Positions 1 through 7,894 of a stretch of 64,000 nt of DNA are shown here, piece after piece. The stretch is from an uncultured Candidatus Binatia bacterium. Lineage in GTDB: Bacteria > Desulfobacterota > Binatia > UBA9968 > CAXXLF01. Positions within the stretch are counted from its first letter, which is position 1; each line of letters begins with the position of its first letter. The translations under genes were made by a program, and so were the position numbers. The DNA is taken from the NCBI GenBank assembly GCA_965218425.1, contig OZ244621.1:1024001-1088000 (forward strand), in the 5' to 3' direction. The notes under the pieces are model-generated. The model worked only from the letters and a program-made list of their open reading frames with translations. It was not told the DNA's origin and ran no database searches.

Positions 1-32
1 TTAAGCTCACGATCACAGGGGAGGATCCTGGA

Positions 33-1820
33 ATGGAGAGAGAATCGACTGGCGCATTCATTGGACAGGGAAAACCCAGCAAGGGATTTTATGGCTCCGA
101 CCTCATGGTGGATGTCCTGCGGGAGCTGGGAATTCGTTACATCGCGTTGAATCCCGGCGCAAGCTACCGTGGGTTGCATGACTCCCTGGTGAACTACGGT
201 CCCGGCAAGCCACCCGAGATTATTCTCTGCACCCATGAGGAGATCGCGGTGGCCCTGGCAAATGGTTACGCCCGGGCAACAGGAGAGCCCATGGCCACAG
301 GACTGCACAACGTTGTGGGGCTCCAGCACGCTGCCATGGGGATCTTCAACGCCTGGTGCGACCGGACACCGATGCTTAACCTCGGCGGCGGGGGACCCCA
401 GGACGCAAGCCTCCGGCGCTCAACCGATTGGGTCCATACCGCTCTTGTTCAGGGCAATTTGGTCCGTGATTTTGTAAAGTTTGACGATCAGCCTACGAGC
501 CTTGAGGCTATTCCGGAATCATTGCTTCGCGCATTCCGCATCGCCACAACGGAGCCAAAGGGCCCAGTGTATGTCTGCCTGGACTCCGGCCTCCAGGAAG
601 CAGGGCTTGCTGACCCGGTAAATGTCCCGGATGCGAGCCTGTTCCGCGCGCCGGCTACCCCTGCACCAAACCCCGAGGCGATTCGCGAAGCGGCAAATCT
701 CCTGACTAAGGCCCATTGGCCGGTCATTGTCGCCGGTGAGGTCGGTCGTAACCCCCAGGCACTGGCAGCTTTGCGGGAGCTTGCCGAGTTGCTCGCAGCC
801 CCTGTAATTGACGCGGACGGACGTTTCGCATTTCCCAGCACCCACCCGCTCAACCTCACCAACACGCGTGAGGACGCGCTGCGCGACGCAGACGCAATCC
901 TCGCCCTTGACGTACCCAGTCTTGGAGTCCCCTTGGGGCCTTCAGTACGAGAGAGAGAGGCATTCAAGCCGGCCATTCAACCCACGGCAAAAGTCATCCA
1001 CATCACTCTCTTGGACCTGGAGCGGCAGAGTTGGGTGAGCGACAGTATGTGGCTCTTTCCCGTGTCGGTGCCCATGGCCGCAGATACCTCCATCGCCCTG
1101 CCTCAATTGGTCCAGCTATGCCGTGAACGGCTTGGCTCAGGCGGCGATGCCAGCAGGCGAATTGAAGAGCGTCGTACCAAGGTGGAGGCGATACAAGCCG
1201 AGGCGAAAAAGCGCTCAAAGGATTGGATCGAGCAAAACTGGAACAAACAGCCCATATCGCAGGCGCGCCTTTTCAGTGAGATCAACTCGCGTGTCAAAGG
1301 AAAATCCTGGGCACTGGTATCCTCCCACGGCCGACGCTGGCGTGAGGTCCTGGAGGTCACCGAAGCCGCCCACGGTTTAGGAGGCGGGCGAGGCGGTGGT
1401 GTGGGTTACGGACTCCCCTCTTCCATCGGCGCAGCCTTGGGTTACAAAGGAAGCGGCCGGCTCTGCGTCAGCATCGTCGGGGACGGTGATTTTCTCATGA
1501 CCTCCAACTCGCTCTGGACCGCCGCCCGATACCGTATTCCACTGCTGGTTATAACCTCCAATAATCGCTCCTATTACAATGACGAGGAGCATCAGGAACG
1601 CATGGCCATCCGCCGGGAACGTCCCGTGGAAAACAAGGGAATCGGGATTCACATCAACGATCCGGAACCGGACCTGGCGGCCATCGCACGGGGCCTGGGT
1701 GTGGAAGGCTTCGGCCCGGTTACCGAGCCGGGTGAACTTGGTCCTGCGCTCGACAAGGCAATCAAGATGGCGGAGGGGGGTAAGGCCGTTGTGGTGGACG
1801 TCGTGACGGCGGCGCGCTAG
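33..1820 (+). CDS. Thiamine pyrophosphate-binding enzyme (acetolactate synthase/benzoylformate decarboxylase-like)
   Basis: 595 aa; N-terminal catalytic Glu motif THEE; C-terminal TPP-binding GDGDF...NN motif; GGAGG RBS upstream. Confidence 0.9.
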   Translation: MERESTGAFIGQGKPSKGFYGSDLMVDVLRELGIRYIALNPGASYRGLHDSLVNYGPGKPPEIILCTHEEIAVALANGYARATGEPMATGLHNVVGLQHAAMGIFNAWCDRTPMLNLGGGGPQDASLRRSTDWVHTALVQGNLVRDFVKFDDQPTSLEAIPESLLRAFRIATTEPKGPVYVCLDSGLQEAGLADPVNVPDASLFRAPATPAPNPEAIREAANLLTKAHWPVIVAGEVGRNPQALAALRELAELLAAPVIDADGRFAFPSTHPLNLTNTREDALRDADAILALDVPSLGVPLGPSVREREAFKPAIQPTAKVIHITLLDLERQSWVSDSMWLFPVSVPMAADTSIALPQLVQLCRERLGSGGDASRRIEERRTKVEAIQAEAKKRSKDWIEQNWNKQPISQARLFSEINSRVKGKSWALVSSHGRRWREVLEVTEAAHGLGGGRGGGVGYGLPSSIGAALGYKGSGRLCVSIVGDGDFLMTSNSLWTAARYRIPLLVITSNNRSYYNDEEHQERMAIRRERPVENKGIGIHINDPEPDLAAIARGLGVEGFGPVTEPGELGPALDKAIKMAEGGKAVVVDVVTAAR

Positions 1821-1869
1821 TGAATTGCTGGTCGTGCCGTCATCGGGGTTCGAGTTAGAATCGCTGGAC

Positions 1870-2140
1870 TCAAAGATCCAGCCCCCTCACGACTCTTTCG
1901 TAAACGTCGCGGCGATGGATAATCCCGAAAATCCATACCTCGTTTCGGACGACTTTAAACACTACTCGGCAATCTCCAATTCGGAGCTTCCAATAGCCCT
2001 TAAGGGTACCGCGCAGCGGCTCGCCGTATCGTTCAAGGTGACTCGTCAATCGCGTGGGCGATACGCTCCCTTGGGTTTCGACTTATGGCGGGAATATCTC
2101 TCTTTCGGACATCAGGATGGTAAATGAGAACGAAAGGCAT
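1870..2140 (-). pseudogene. RelE/ParE family toxin, frameshifted
   Basis: Manual translation: MPFVLIYHPDVRKRDIPAISRNPRERIAHAIDESP* then, in a shifted frame, LERYGEPLRGTLKGYWKLRIGDCRVVFKVVRNEVWIFGIIHRRDVYERVVRGLDL*; RelE motifs on both sides; break near 2035. Confidence 0.85.
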
Positions 2141-2152
2141 CGGACCATGAAC

Positions 2153-2383
2153 TTAGGAACCCCAAACCTGCTTGTGGAATAGCCCCCCCGACCGACGAAA
2201 AGTCCGTTCCCGCTCCTCTGCAAAATTCGCCAATGCTGCATCCTCCTCGGCCTCCAACGTTTCCTTGACCAAGTCTCGGATTTTCAGTGACAACGATATG
2301 CCCTCCTCTTTCTCGAGGCGACGGACAGATTCGTAGAGAGGTTTTTCCAGAACAATATGGATACGTGGATTCTTCATCGACAT
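2153..2383 (-). CDS. Ribbon-helix-helix (CopG-like) antitoxin
   Basis: MSMKNPRIHIVLEKPLYESVRRLEKEEGISLSLKIRDLVKE plus acidic tail; directly upstream of the relE remnant; AGGGGG RBS supports start at 2383. Confidence 0.8.
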   Translation of the reverse strand: MSMKNPRIHIVLEKPLYESVRRLEKEEGISLSLKIRDLVKETLEAEEDAALANFAEERERTFRRSGGLFHKQVWGS

Positions 2384-2476
2384 AATGATTGACCCCCTGT
2401 CTGTCGGCGTGGCGCCAGTGGCGAACCAACCCAAGGCTCACACCATCGGCGGTCGACAAATAACATCAGCGATGGG

Positions 2477-3355
2477 TCATGCCTTGGCGGGTGCCGACAA
2501 ACCCATCTGTTTGAAGATGGCGCGGGTGATGAGGCTTTCAGGGTCCGCCAAAAGGGAAGAGAGCATGAAGTGGTTGGCCTTTGGGACTTCGAGGTATTCG
2601 CAGTTGACTCCCCTTTTGCTACCCAGCTCATAGAGATCCCGAGACATCTGCTTCCAACCTTCGGGCTCGTCTCCTCCAACTGCAATCACCAGGGGCGCAT
2701 TAGGCAGAGGTGGGTTGATGAGAGGGCTGTTCTCCCGTGCGGTCTGTGGAGTCAGCCTGATCTGACTATTCACTCCAACGTGAAGGACCGCATCGAGGTC
2801 GTAGACTCCAGAGATGGCAACACAGCCCTTGATGGTGTGGCGCGGCAGGCCTTCTCCTTCCCAGTCATGGGCAAGGGCCATGGCCACCAGATGCCCTCCT
2901 GCGGAAACGCCGCAAATATAAATTTTCGCCGGGTCACCGCCATAAGCTGAAATATTTTTGAAAACCCATGCAATGGCTGAGCGCACCTGTCGGACAATGT
3001 CTGTGACCGATACGTCCGGGCAGAGATCGTATTCCACCAGCGCTACGGTGACTCCCACTTTGCCAAACAGATCCACGAAATGGCAGTTGTGGTCCTTACC
3101 GCCGCGCACCCAGTAACCTCCGTGAACATAGACAAGCACTGGAGCGTTTGGCCTTTCAGCCGGAAAAATGTCTATCACTTGCCTCGGTGAGTCGCCGTAG
3201 GGAACGTTGAGAGTTGATTTCAATCGTTCCCGATTGTTTCGACTCGCCGCCTCCCTCTCCTGCGCCCAACGCTCATGATCCGGCACCGCCGTCCTGGGAT
3301 CAAAATGCCGCTCCATCTCCTCCCTGCGGAACCCTTTGTACGCAAATTCACTCAT
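2477..3355 (-). CDS. Alpha/beta hydrolase, arylformamidase/kynurenine formamidase-like
   Basis: HGGYW oxyanion motif, GVSAGG nucleophile elbow, SGVYDL, C-terminal His (NHF). Confidence 0.85.
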   Translation of the reverse strand: MSEFAYKGFRREEMERHFDPRTAVPDHERWAQEREAASRNNRERLKSTLNVPYGDSPRQVIDIFPAERPNAPVLVYVHGGYWVRGGKDHNCHFVDLFGKVGVTVALVEYDLCPDVSVTDIVRQVRSAIAWVFKNISAYGGDPAKIYICGVSAGGHLVAMALAHDWEGEGLPRHTIKGCVAISGVYDLDAVLHVGVNSQIRLTPQTARENSPLINPPLPNAPLVIAVGGDEPEGWKQMSRDLYELGSKRGVNCEYLEVPKANHFMLSSLLADPESLITRAIFKQMGLSAPAKA

Positions 3356-3804
3356 GGACAGTTAACTCTTTTCCATTGGGGCGATTTTGGAAACTTCGGC
3401 GGGGAAGGATCCATATGGTCCCAGGGGTATCCGCTCTCTGAAAAAACAACCATCTGCGGGGTAAATCGGCTCGGGTCGTTGAGGCTACCCGCTCTCACAA
3501 ACACGATGTCCGGCATGCTCGTGGTAAGGCAGTAAAGAGGAGTCCCGCACTTCTGACAAAAGGCGTTGCTTACTTCACCTCCACTATCAGCACCGCGTTC
3601 ATAGAGTTTGGGTGAACCGGTAAGCTTAAATGCCGTTTTTGGCACTAAGAGTCCTGAAGAATGTCTCGTGCCCGTGGCTCGTTGGCGCCCTCGACACTGG
3701 CAATGCCCCGATCCCACGGGTTTTACGGCAAACTCGCATTGGATCGCCCCGCAAGCCATGAACCAGCATAATTTGCCATCATATCCTCCTCGAATTGGCT
3801 CCAT
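3352..3804 (-). CDS. GFA/CENP-V family Zn protein, possibly degenerate
   Basis: CGA...HCQC..QRATG...FCQKCGTPLY...VRAGSLND pattern; one expected Cys is Arg and there is an N-terminal insertion. Confidence 0.75.
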   Translation of the reverse strand: MEPIRGGYDGKLCWFMACGAIQCEFAVKPVGSGHCQCRGRQRATGTRHSSGLLVPKTAFKLTGSPKLYERGADSGGEVSNAFCQKCGTPLYCLTTSMPDIVFVRAGSLNDPSRFTPQMVVFSESGYPWDHMDPSPPKFPKSPQWKRVNCP

Positions 3805-3813
3805 GATCAGTTT

Positions 3814-5088
3814 TTACTCGCGGTCATCACGAGCTTCCCTCTCCCACCGTTCCATTATTGGACTGTACTTGGTTGAGGCGCCTGTGCGCGGACGACCACG
3901 ACGATAGCCGGATTGTCCGGCTAGAAAGTTTTCTTCTGTTGGTAGAGCAATATACTTATTCTTCGCTGGATCGCGGAATACGTTCATGGGGTCCTTGCCG
4001 GCTTCCATAATGCCCACCTGCTCTTCCAGGAGGCGACGGTAAAGAATGATCCCCTTGTCCGAACGTCCCAGAGTTTCCGCTGTCCGGTCTGCCACAGGGC
4101 CCTGCGTAATCCAGGCCGCAATATCCTGACCACTGTTGTTGTCCAGGATGTTCCATTGGGGTAGCCCCTCCTCGTCCAGTCCTGGAACTGGAACCTTATA
4201 ATATGGGATGTCCTCCGGCGCCTGATCCTTTGGGTCACCCTTTTTCTGATAGCAACGATACCACCAATGAGCCGTATGGGTGTCGTCTATGGGAACTCGA
4301 ATTTGAAACCCGGCCCCGCCGCGGCCAAGGTTCCCTTGCCGGAGCATGTTGGGAAAAACCATTGGGTGTCCTACCCTCCAGTCATCGCTTTCCTCGGTCT
4401 CGCCTACCAATATCCGTCGCTTAACGATCCCGTGTTCGAAAACATCAAAGCCCACCTTTTCATGCTGCTGGCGTGGCTTCTGGAGTTCTTTCTTTCCCAT
4501 CTGGTCCACCACATAGTTGTAAAAGTTCTGGTGCAGCCACTCCACATGCACCGGATCCAGCGAGTTCTCCATGATTTGAAGCCAGTTGCATGAAATCTCC
4601 GCATATCCGATATCTCTATCCACGTCTTCCATGGCATATAGATCCCACCGCGGAAGCAAGGGTTCAGGTTTTCGGCCTAGATAGGCAAAAAGCAATCCGC
4701 TCAACTCCTGAACGGGGTAGGCCTTGGTCTTGACCTTGTCCTTGAAGTTACCTTGCGGGTCCTCGGTCTCCTCGTAGGGCTGTTCGATACATTGTCCGGT
4801 CTCATCAAACACCCACCCATGATAGGCGCATCTCAACCCGCGCTTTTCTGGAATACCGAACACCATGGACATGCGCCGGTGCGGGCAGAAAGGATCGATC
4901 AGTCCATATCTCCCGGAGCGGTCTTTATAAAGAACCATGTCCTCTCCCAGAACTCTGACGTTTCTTGTGTTCCTGTCCTTCATCTGCGAGACGGCGGCCA
5001 CGGGATGCCAGTAGCGGCGATAAAGCTCTCCCATGGGAGTCCCCGGTTCAACGCTGGTCAATTGCCTATTCTGTTCTTCTGTCAGCAT
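3814..5088 (-). CDS. Rieske non-heme iron oxygenase alpha subunit (phthalate 4,5-dioxygenase/LigX-like)
   Basis: CPHRR...CAYHGW Rieske motif; ENSLDPVHVEWLH mononuclear Fe motif; MLT.EQN..LT.V.PGTPMG N-terminus. Confidence 0.92.
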   Translation of the reverse strand: MLTEEQNRQLTSVEPGTPMGELYRRYWHPVAAVSQMKDRNTRNVRVLGEDMVLYKDRSGRYGLIDPFCPHRRMSMVFGIPEKRGLRCAYHGWVFDETGQCIEQPYEETEDPQGNFKDKVKTKAYPVQELSGLLFAYLGRKPEPLLPRWDLYAMEDVDRDIGYAEISCNWLQIMENSLDPVHVEWLHQNFYNYVVDQMGKKELQKPRQQHEKVGFDVFEHGIVKRRILVGETEESDDWRVGHPMVFPNMLRQGNLGRGGAGFQIRVPIDDTHTAHWWYRCYQKKGDPKDQAPEDIPYYKVPVPGLDEEGLPQWNILDNNSGQDIAAWITQGPVADRTAETLGRSDKGIILYRRLLEEQVGIMEAGKDPMNVFRDPAKNKYIALPTEENFLAGQSGYRRGRPRTGASTKYSPIMERWEREARDDRE

Positions 5089-5283
5089 GGCCTCTCCTTT
5101 CTATGGAAGGGATTCATAGGTTCGAGTCCTCAAAATGAATTTAACTTCGGCGTCGCTTTCAAGTGTTGAAGACCCATCCGCAGCAGACACGGAGTGCGGA
5201 TTTGGAACATATTGGCCAAAATTGTTGCTCCAATGTCCGTTTTATTCCCTTAAATACGTTAAAATACCAAATACATACAGCTT

Positions 5284-5478
5284 GGCACGTTTTTTGTTCC
5301 TATCTTCCCTCGATTGCGTGCGGCTCCCTAAGACCCACCCAGGAGAGCACCCTGGCTTTAAAAGACGCACAGCAAATCGCGCATAGACACACCTCCCATC
5401 TCTGTAGCGCTATTTTCAAGGTGCTCCAACAACGGAGGCCGCACGCAACCCCTCAGAGAAAGGAACAAAACCACGCCT
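5284..5478 (-). ncRNA. Candidate ~195-nt rod-shaped structured RNA (6S-like)
   Basis: Nested complementary segments 5292-5301/5461-5470, 5314-5324/5438-5448 and 5345-5351/5420-5426; G-U pairs favour the minus strand; promoter-like motif immediately upstream. Confidence 0.45.
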
Positions 5479-5484
5479 CCATGG

Positions 5485-5514
5485 ATCGTAATCCATATAC
5501 CTTCACGTTGTCTA
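5485..5514 (-). promoter_or_regulatory. Putative sigma70 promoter for the hairpin RNA/Rieske operon
   Basis: TAGACA-N18-TACGAT on the minus strand; predicted start ~5478 coincides with the 5' foot of the hairpin. Confidence 0.4.
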
Positions 5515-5699
5515 GTCAAGATCATCACCAAATCGGTGGATCGGGTACCGGCCATTTGTGGTGCGCGGGGATGGAAGTCGAAGGAGCCGATGATCAGGGG
5601 TGAAGTAGAGATGCCTTTGTTCTATCTCCCCTTCCCCAGGTCGTAAGAACAGCAAAGAGCTTAGCGTCCTGCCGCATAAAACCCTGTGCCGCCGATCTG

Positions 5700-6485
5700 C
5701 TATGACGGCATAAGCCCATTCTTTCTCAGAAAACCGCTCACGGCCTCATCGAACAGAGCTGGCTGCTCCAAGCAACAGGCATGCCCCGACCTTGGAATGG
5801 TGCGGTGCTCGGCCTTCTTTATCTTTTGACTCATTTCGATACTCCGCGGCCTGGCTCCGTCAAATTCGCCATTGATCACCAGCACGGGCATTTGAAGTTC
5901 TTCCAGACGAGGGGTCAGGTTCTTTCGCTCCAGGGCATTGAAGACCTCCCTCAAGGCCTGCGGTTTCAAGTGGGGATCCGTGTCCGTAAACAAACTGAGG
6001 GCGTATCCACCCAGCTTTGATTCCGCAAACTCCTCGCTAACAAGATTCTTGAGGTGTTCAATGTGGTACTTTTTGACTCCTTGATTCAGATACCCGTCCG
6101 TTCGAGTCTGATGCGGGCTCGGGCCACTGCTACACCCGACCATAATCAGCGCCTTGCAGAGATGGGGATGGTTCAATGCCATCTGGAGTACAAGGTTACC
6201 GCCCACACTGATCCCGCAGAGGATTGCCTCTTTGGCTTGCTCTTGACGGCAGACCCCCACGATGTCTTCCGCCATCTCAGCGACATTGGTTTCGGTGACG
6301 GGCTTGTCCGAACGCCCGTATCCTCGAATATCCACTGCGATGACTTTAAAAAACGTGGAGAACCGGGCAATCTGATATGTCCACAAGCGATGATCAAAAG
6401 GATTTGCATGGATGAGGACCATGGAAGAACCCTCCCCGGAGACCTCATAGTAGATCCGAATTCCATTGACTGAACAGTAGGGCAT
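5700..6485 (-). CDS. Alpha/beta hydrolase (3-oxoadipate enol-lactonase-like)
   Basis: DIRGYGRS, GISVGG elbow, GEFD, GHAC motifs. Confidence 0.85.
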   Translation of the reverse strand: MPYCSVNGIRIYYEVSGEGSSMVLIHANPFDHRLWTYQIARFSTFFKVIAVDIRGYGRSDKPVTETNVAEMAEDIVGVCRQEQAKEAILCGISVGGNLVLQMALNHPHLCKALIMVGCSSGPSPHQTRTDGYLNQGVKKYHIEHLKNLVSEEFAESKLGGYALSLFTDTDPHLKPQALREVFNALERKNLTPRLEELQMPVLVINGEFDGARPRSIEMSQKIKKAEHRTIPRSGHACCLEQPALFDEAVSGFLRKNGLMPS

Positions 6486-6953
6486 AACTCCCTCCCAAAC
6501 ATTATATTAGCAATTCGTACCTAATAAACAGCCATAAATTATTCGAAGCCCCGTACCTTCGTCAAGGGAATCGACGCTTACGAAATCGTAAGACTCCGAA
6601 AGTTAAGACCTTCGGTCCTGACAGGAGAGCGAGCGTACTTAAACGGGAGATGTCATCCCTTCGCTTCAGTAGTCCTTCGTCGAGAACGCTCATTCACCCA
6701 TCGAGGTAGGACTCGGGGGCCTGCCCCTCAGCGGGAGCCGATGGGCCTGTGTATCGAGGCCCCTTCATTTGATCTGACATGCCGAAATGGCTTGGACCTC
6801 CAGCATTGGACGTCTCCCTTTCTTCGGTGCAAGCCCCCTGCGGCCCAAACCGGAAAAGCCACGAAGGGGAGTGAGATGTAAGGCCGTGGGCATCGAACGC
6901 GCAGTTTCAGATATCCACCGGCCTATTGCCCGCGGCCGGGATTCGACGGTGAG

Positions 6954-7452
6954 ACTTGTATGGATGGATGCCAAAGCTGAGTCCAAGACGTCCTATGAGG
7001 CAAGCTCATTCAGGCTTCTTGGTCCGCCATCCGCCAGGATGCACAGCTTAGAGGATTTTACCGGCCGGTTTACCAAAGGCACCCAGGGGAGCGAGCAGCA
7101 AGCAAAGCCATTGTGGCGGTAGCGCGCAAACCGACCACGAGGATCTATGCCGTTTTGAAACAACAGCGGCCTTACGTGGTGAGGGAAAAAGTTCCTTCGG
7201 CTCCTTTGACTAAAGAGGAGACTGTGCCCCAGAGAACGACTTGACGGCTGAGAGAACCGGGAGAGATTAACTCCTGAGGGTTCGGAGTGTGAGACAGGGA
7301 GCCCGGGGCATTGTACCTGAGAGAGGGGCGCATCTTAACGAAGTGTGACGGCCCATGAGCCGTGCCACGAATTGCGGCAAGTCTCTCTTCGCTCGGGGAG
7401 CTTAAAAACATACCGGGACTATTGGCTCCGTGCCTTGACATCCACATAGCAG
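6954..7452 (+). mobile_element. Internally deleted IS110-family (IS1111-type) element
   Basis: 6999-7244 encodes GKLIQASWSAIRQDAQLRGFY...ASKAIVAVARKPTTRIYAVLKQQRPY, an IS110 transposase C-terminus; subterminal IRs TGGATGCCAA / TTGACATCCA; AG at both junctions (6952-53, 7451-52). Confidence 0.8.
7245..7452 (+). ncRNA. IS1111-type right non-coding region, candidate bridge/seek RNA
   Basis: ~208-nt non-coding stretch between the transposase stop and the right end, where IS1111 elements encode their guide RNA; internal pairing such as GAGAGA.../TCTCTC. Confidence 0.55.
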
Positions 7453-7518
7453 CTCTGCCGAACCGAAGACTCTCTCCACGAGGAGCCCTGAAGCTTCAGA
7501 GATTCATACGAGAGCAGG

Positions 7519-7757
7519 CTCGGTGGGTTACCCACTGCTCCGTCCATTTTTCGCTCAGTAAGCCCCTTAGCTCAGGACCGATGCAACGGGAGCTGGGTGC
7601 CTGAGCGGAGGATTGGTTCAGAGGCCTTGGAAGACCATGCGAAGCTGAGAAAAGGCGGCATCGACTGTTAGAGCGCAGCGAGTTTCGATCTGCCCGAAGC
7701 GAGCAGCTAAGGCATCCCGCCCAGGGGCCGCTGAAGCGAAGGGATGGCAGCTCCGGT
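7519..7757 (+). repeat. Structured repeat module B, copy 1
   Basis: Homologous to 22331-22549; shared CTCGGTGGGTT, TGCTCCGTCCAT, GCGAAGCTGAG, GCATCGACTGTT.GAGCGCAGCGAGTTTCGA, CTGAAGCGAAG. Confidence 0.8.
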
Positions 7758-7894
7758 AAACTCACTCTCCACTCGCTGTCAGCAACACACTTTTCACCAT
7801 GCCACAAATGTCGGGATAGAGCCCCGATTATCTTGACATTCACACCTCATCCATGATGAACTCAATCAGTTTCCTGATGGAAAGGAACGATGCT

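Larger units (their letters stand above)
6618..7782. repeat. Non-coding composite element bounded by imperfect terminal inverted repeats (MITE/REP-mosaic-like)
   Basis: Perfect 16-bp IR CATCCCTTCGCTTCAG (6654-6669) / CTGAAGCGAAGGGATG (7731-7746), extending imperfectly to CTGACAG (6618) / CTGTCAG (7776-7782); internal modules recur at 17.4 kb and 22.3 kb. Confidence 0.6.

Noticed and set aside
1825..2127. 100-aa plus-strand ORF
   Set aside because: It is the antisense shadow of the relE pseudogene and has no family features.
5282..5298. Sigma54-like motif TTGGCACGTTTTTTGTT
   Set aside because: The -12 position is GT rather than the near-invariant GC, no convincing plus-strand gene follows, and the sequence is part of the hairpin arm.
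5163..5603. 146-aa plus-strand ORF and overlapping small ORFs
   Set aside because: No recognisable motifs; they overlap the structured non-coding candidate.
6765..7843. Several 70-115-aa ORFs in the repeat/IS region
   Set aside because: They are explained by non-coding repeats; the real transposase fragment is in a frame without a start codon.
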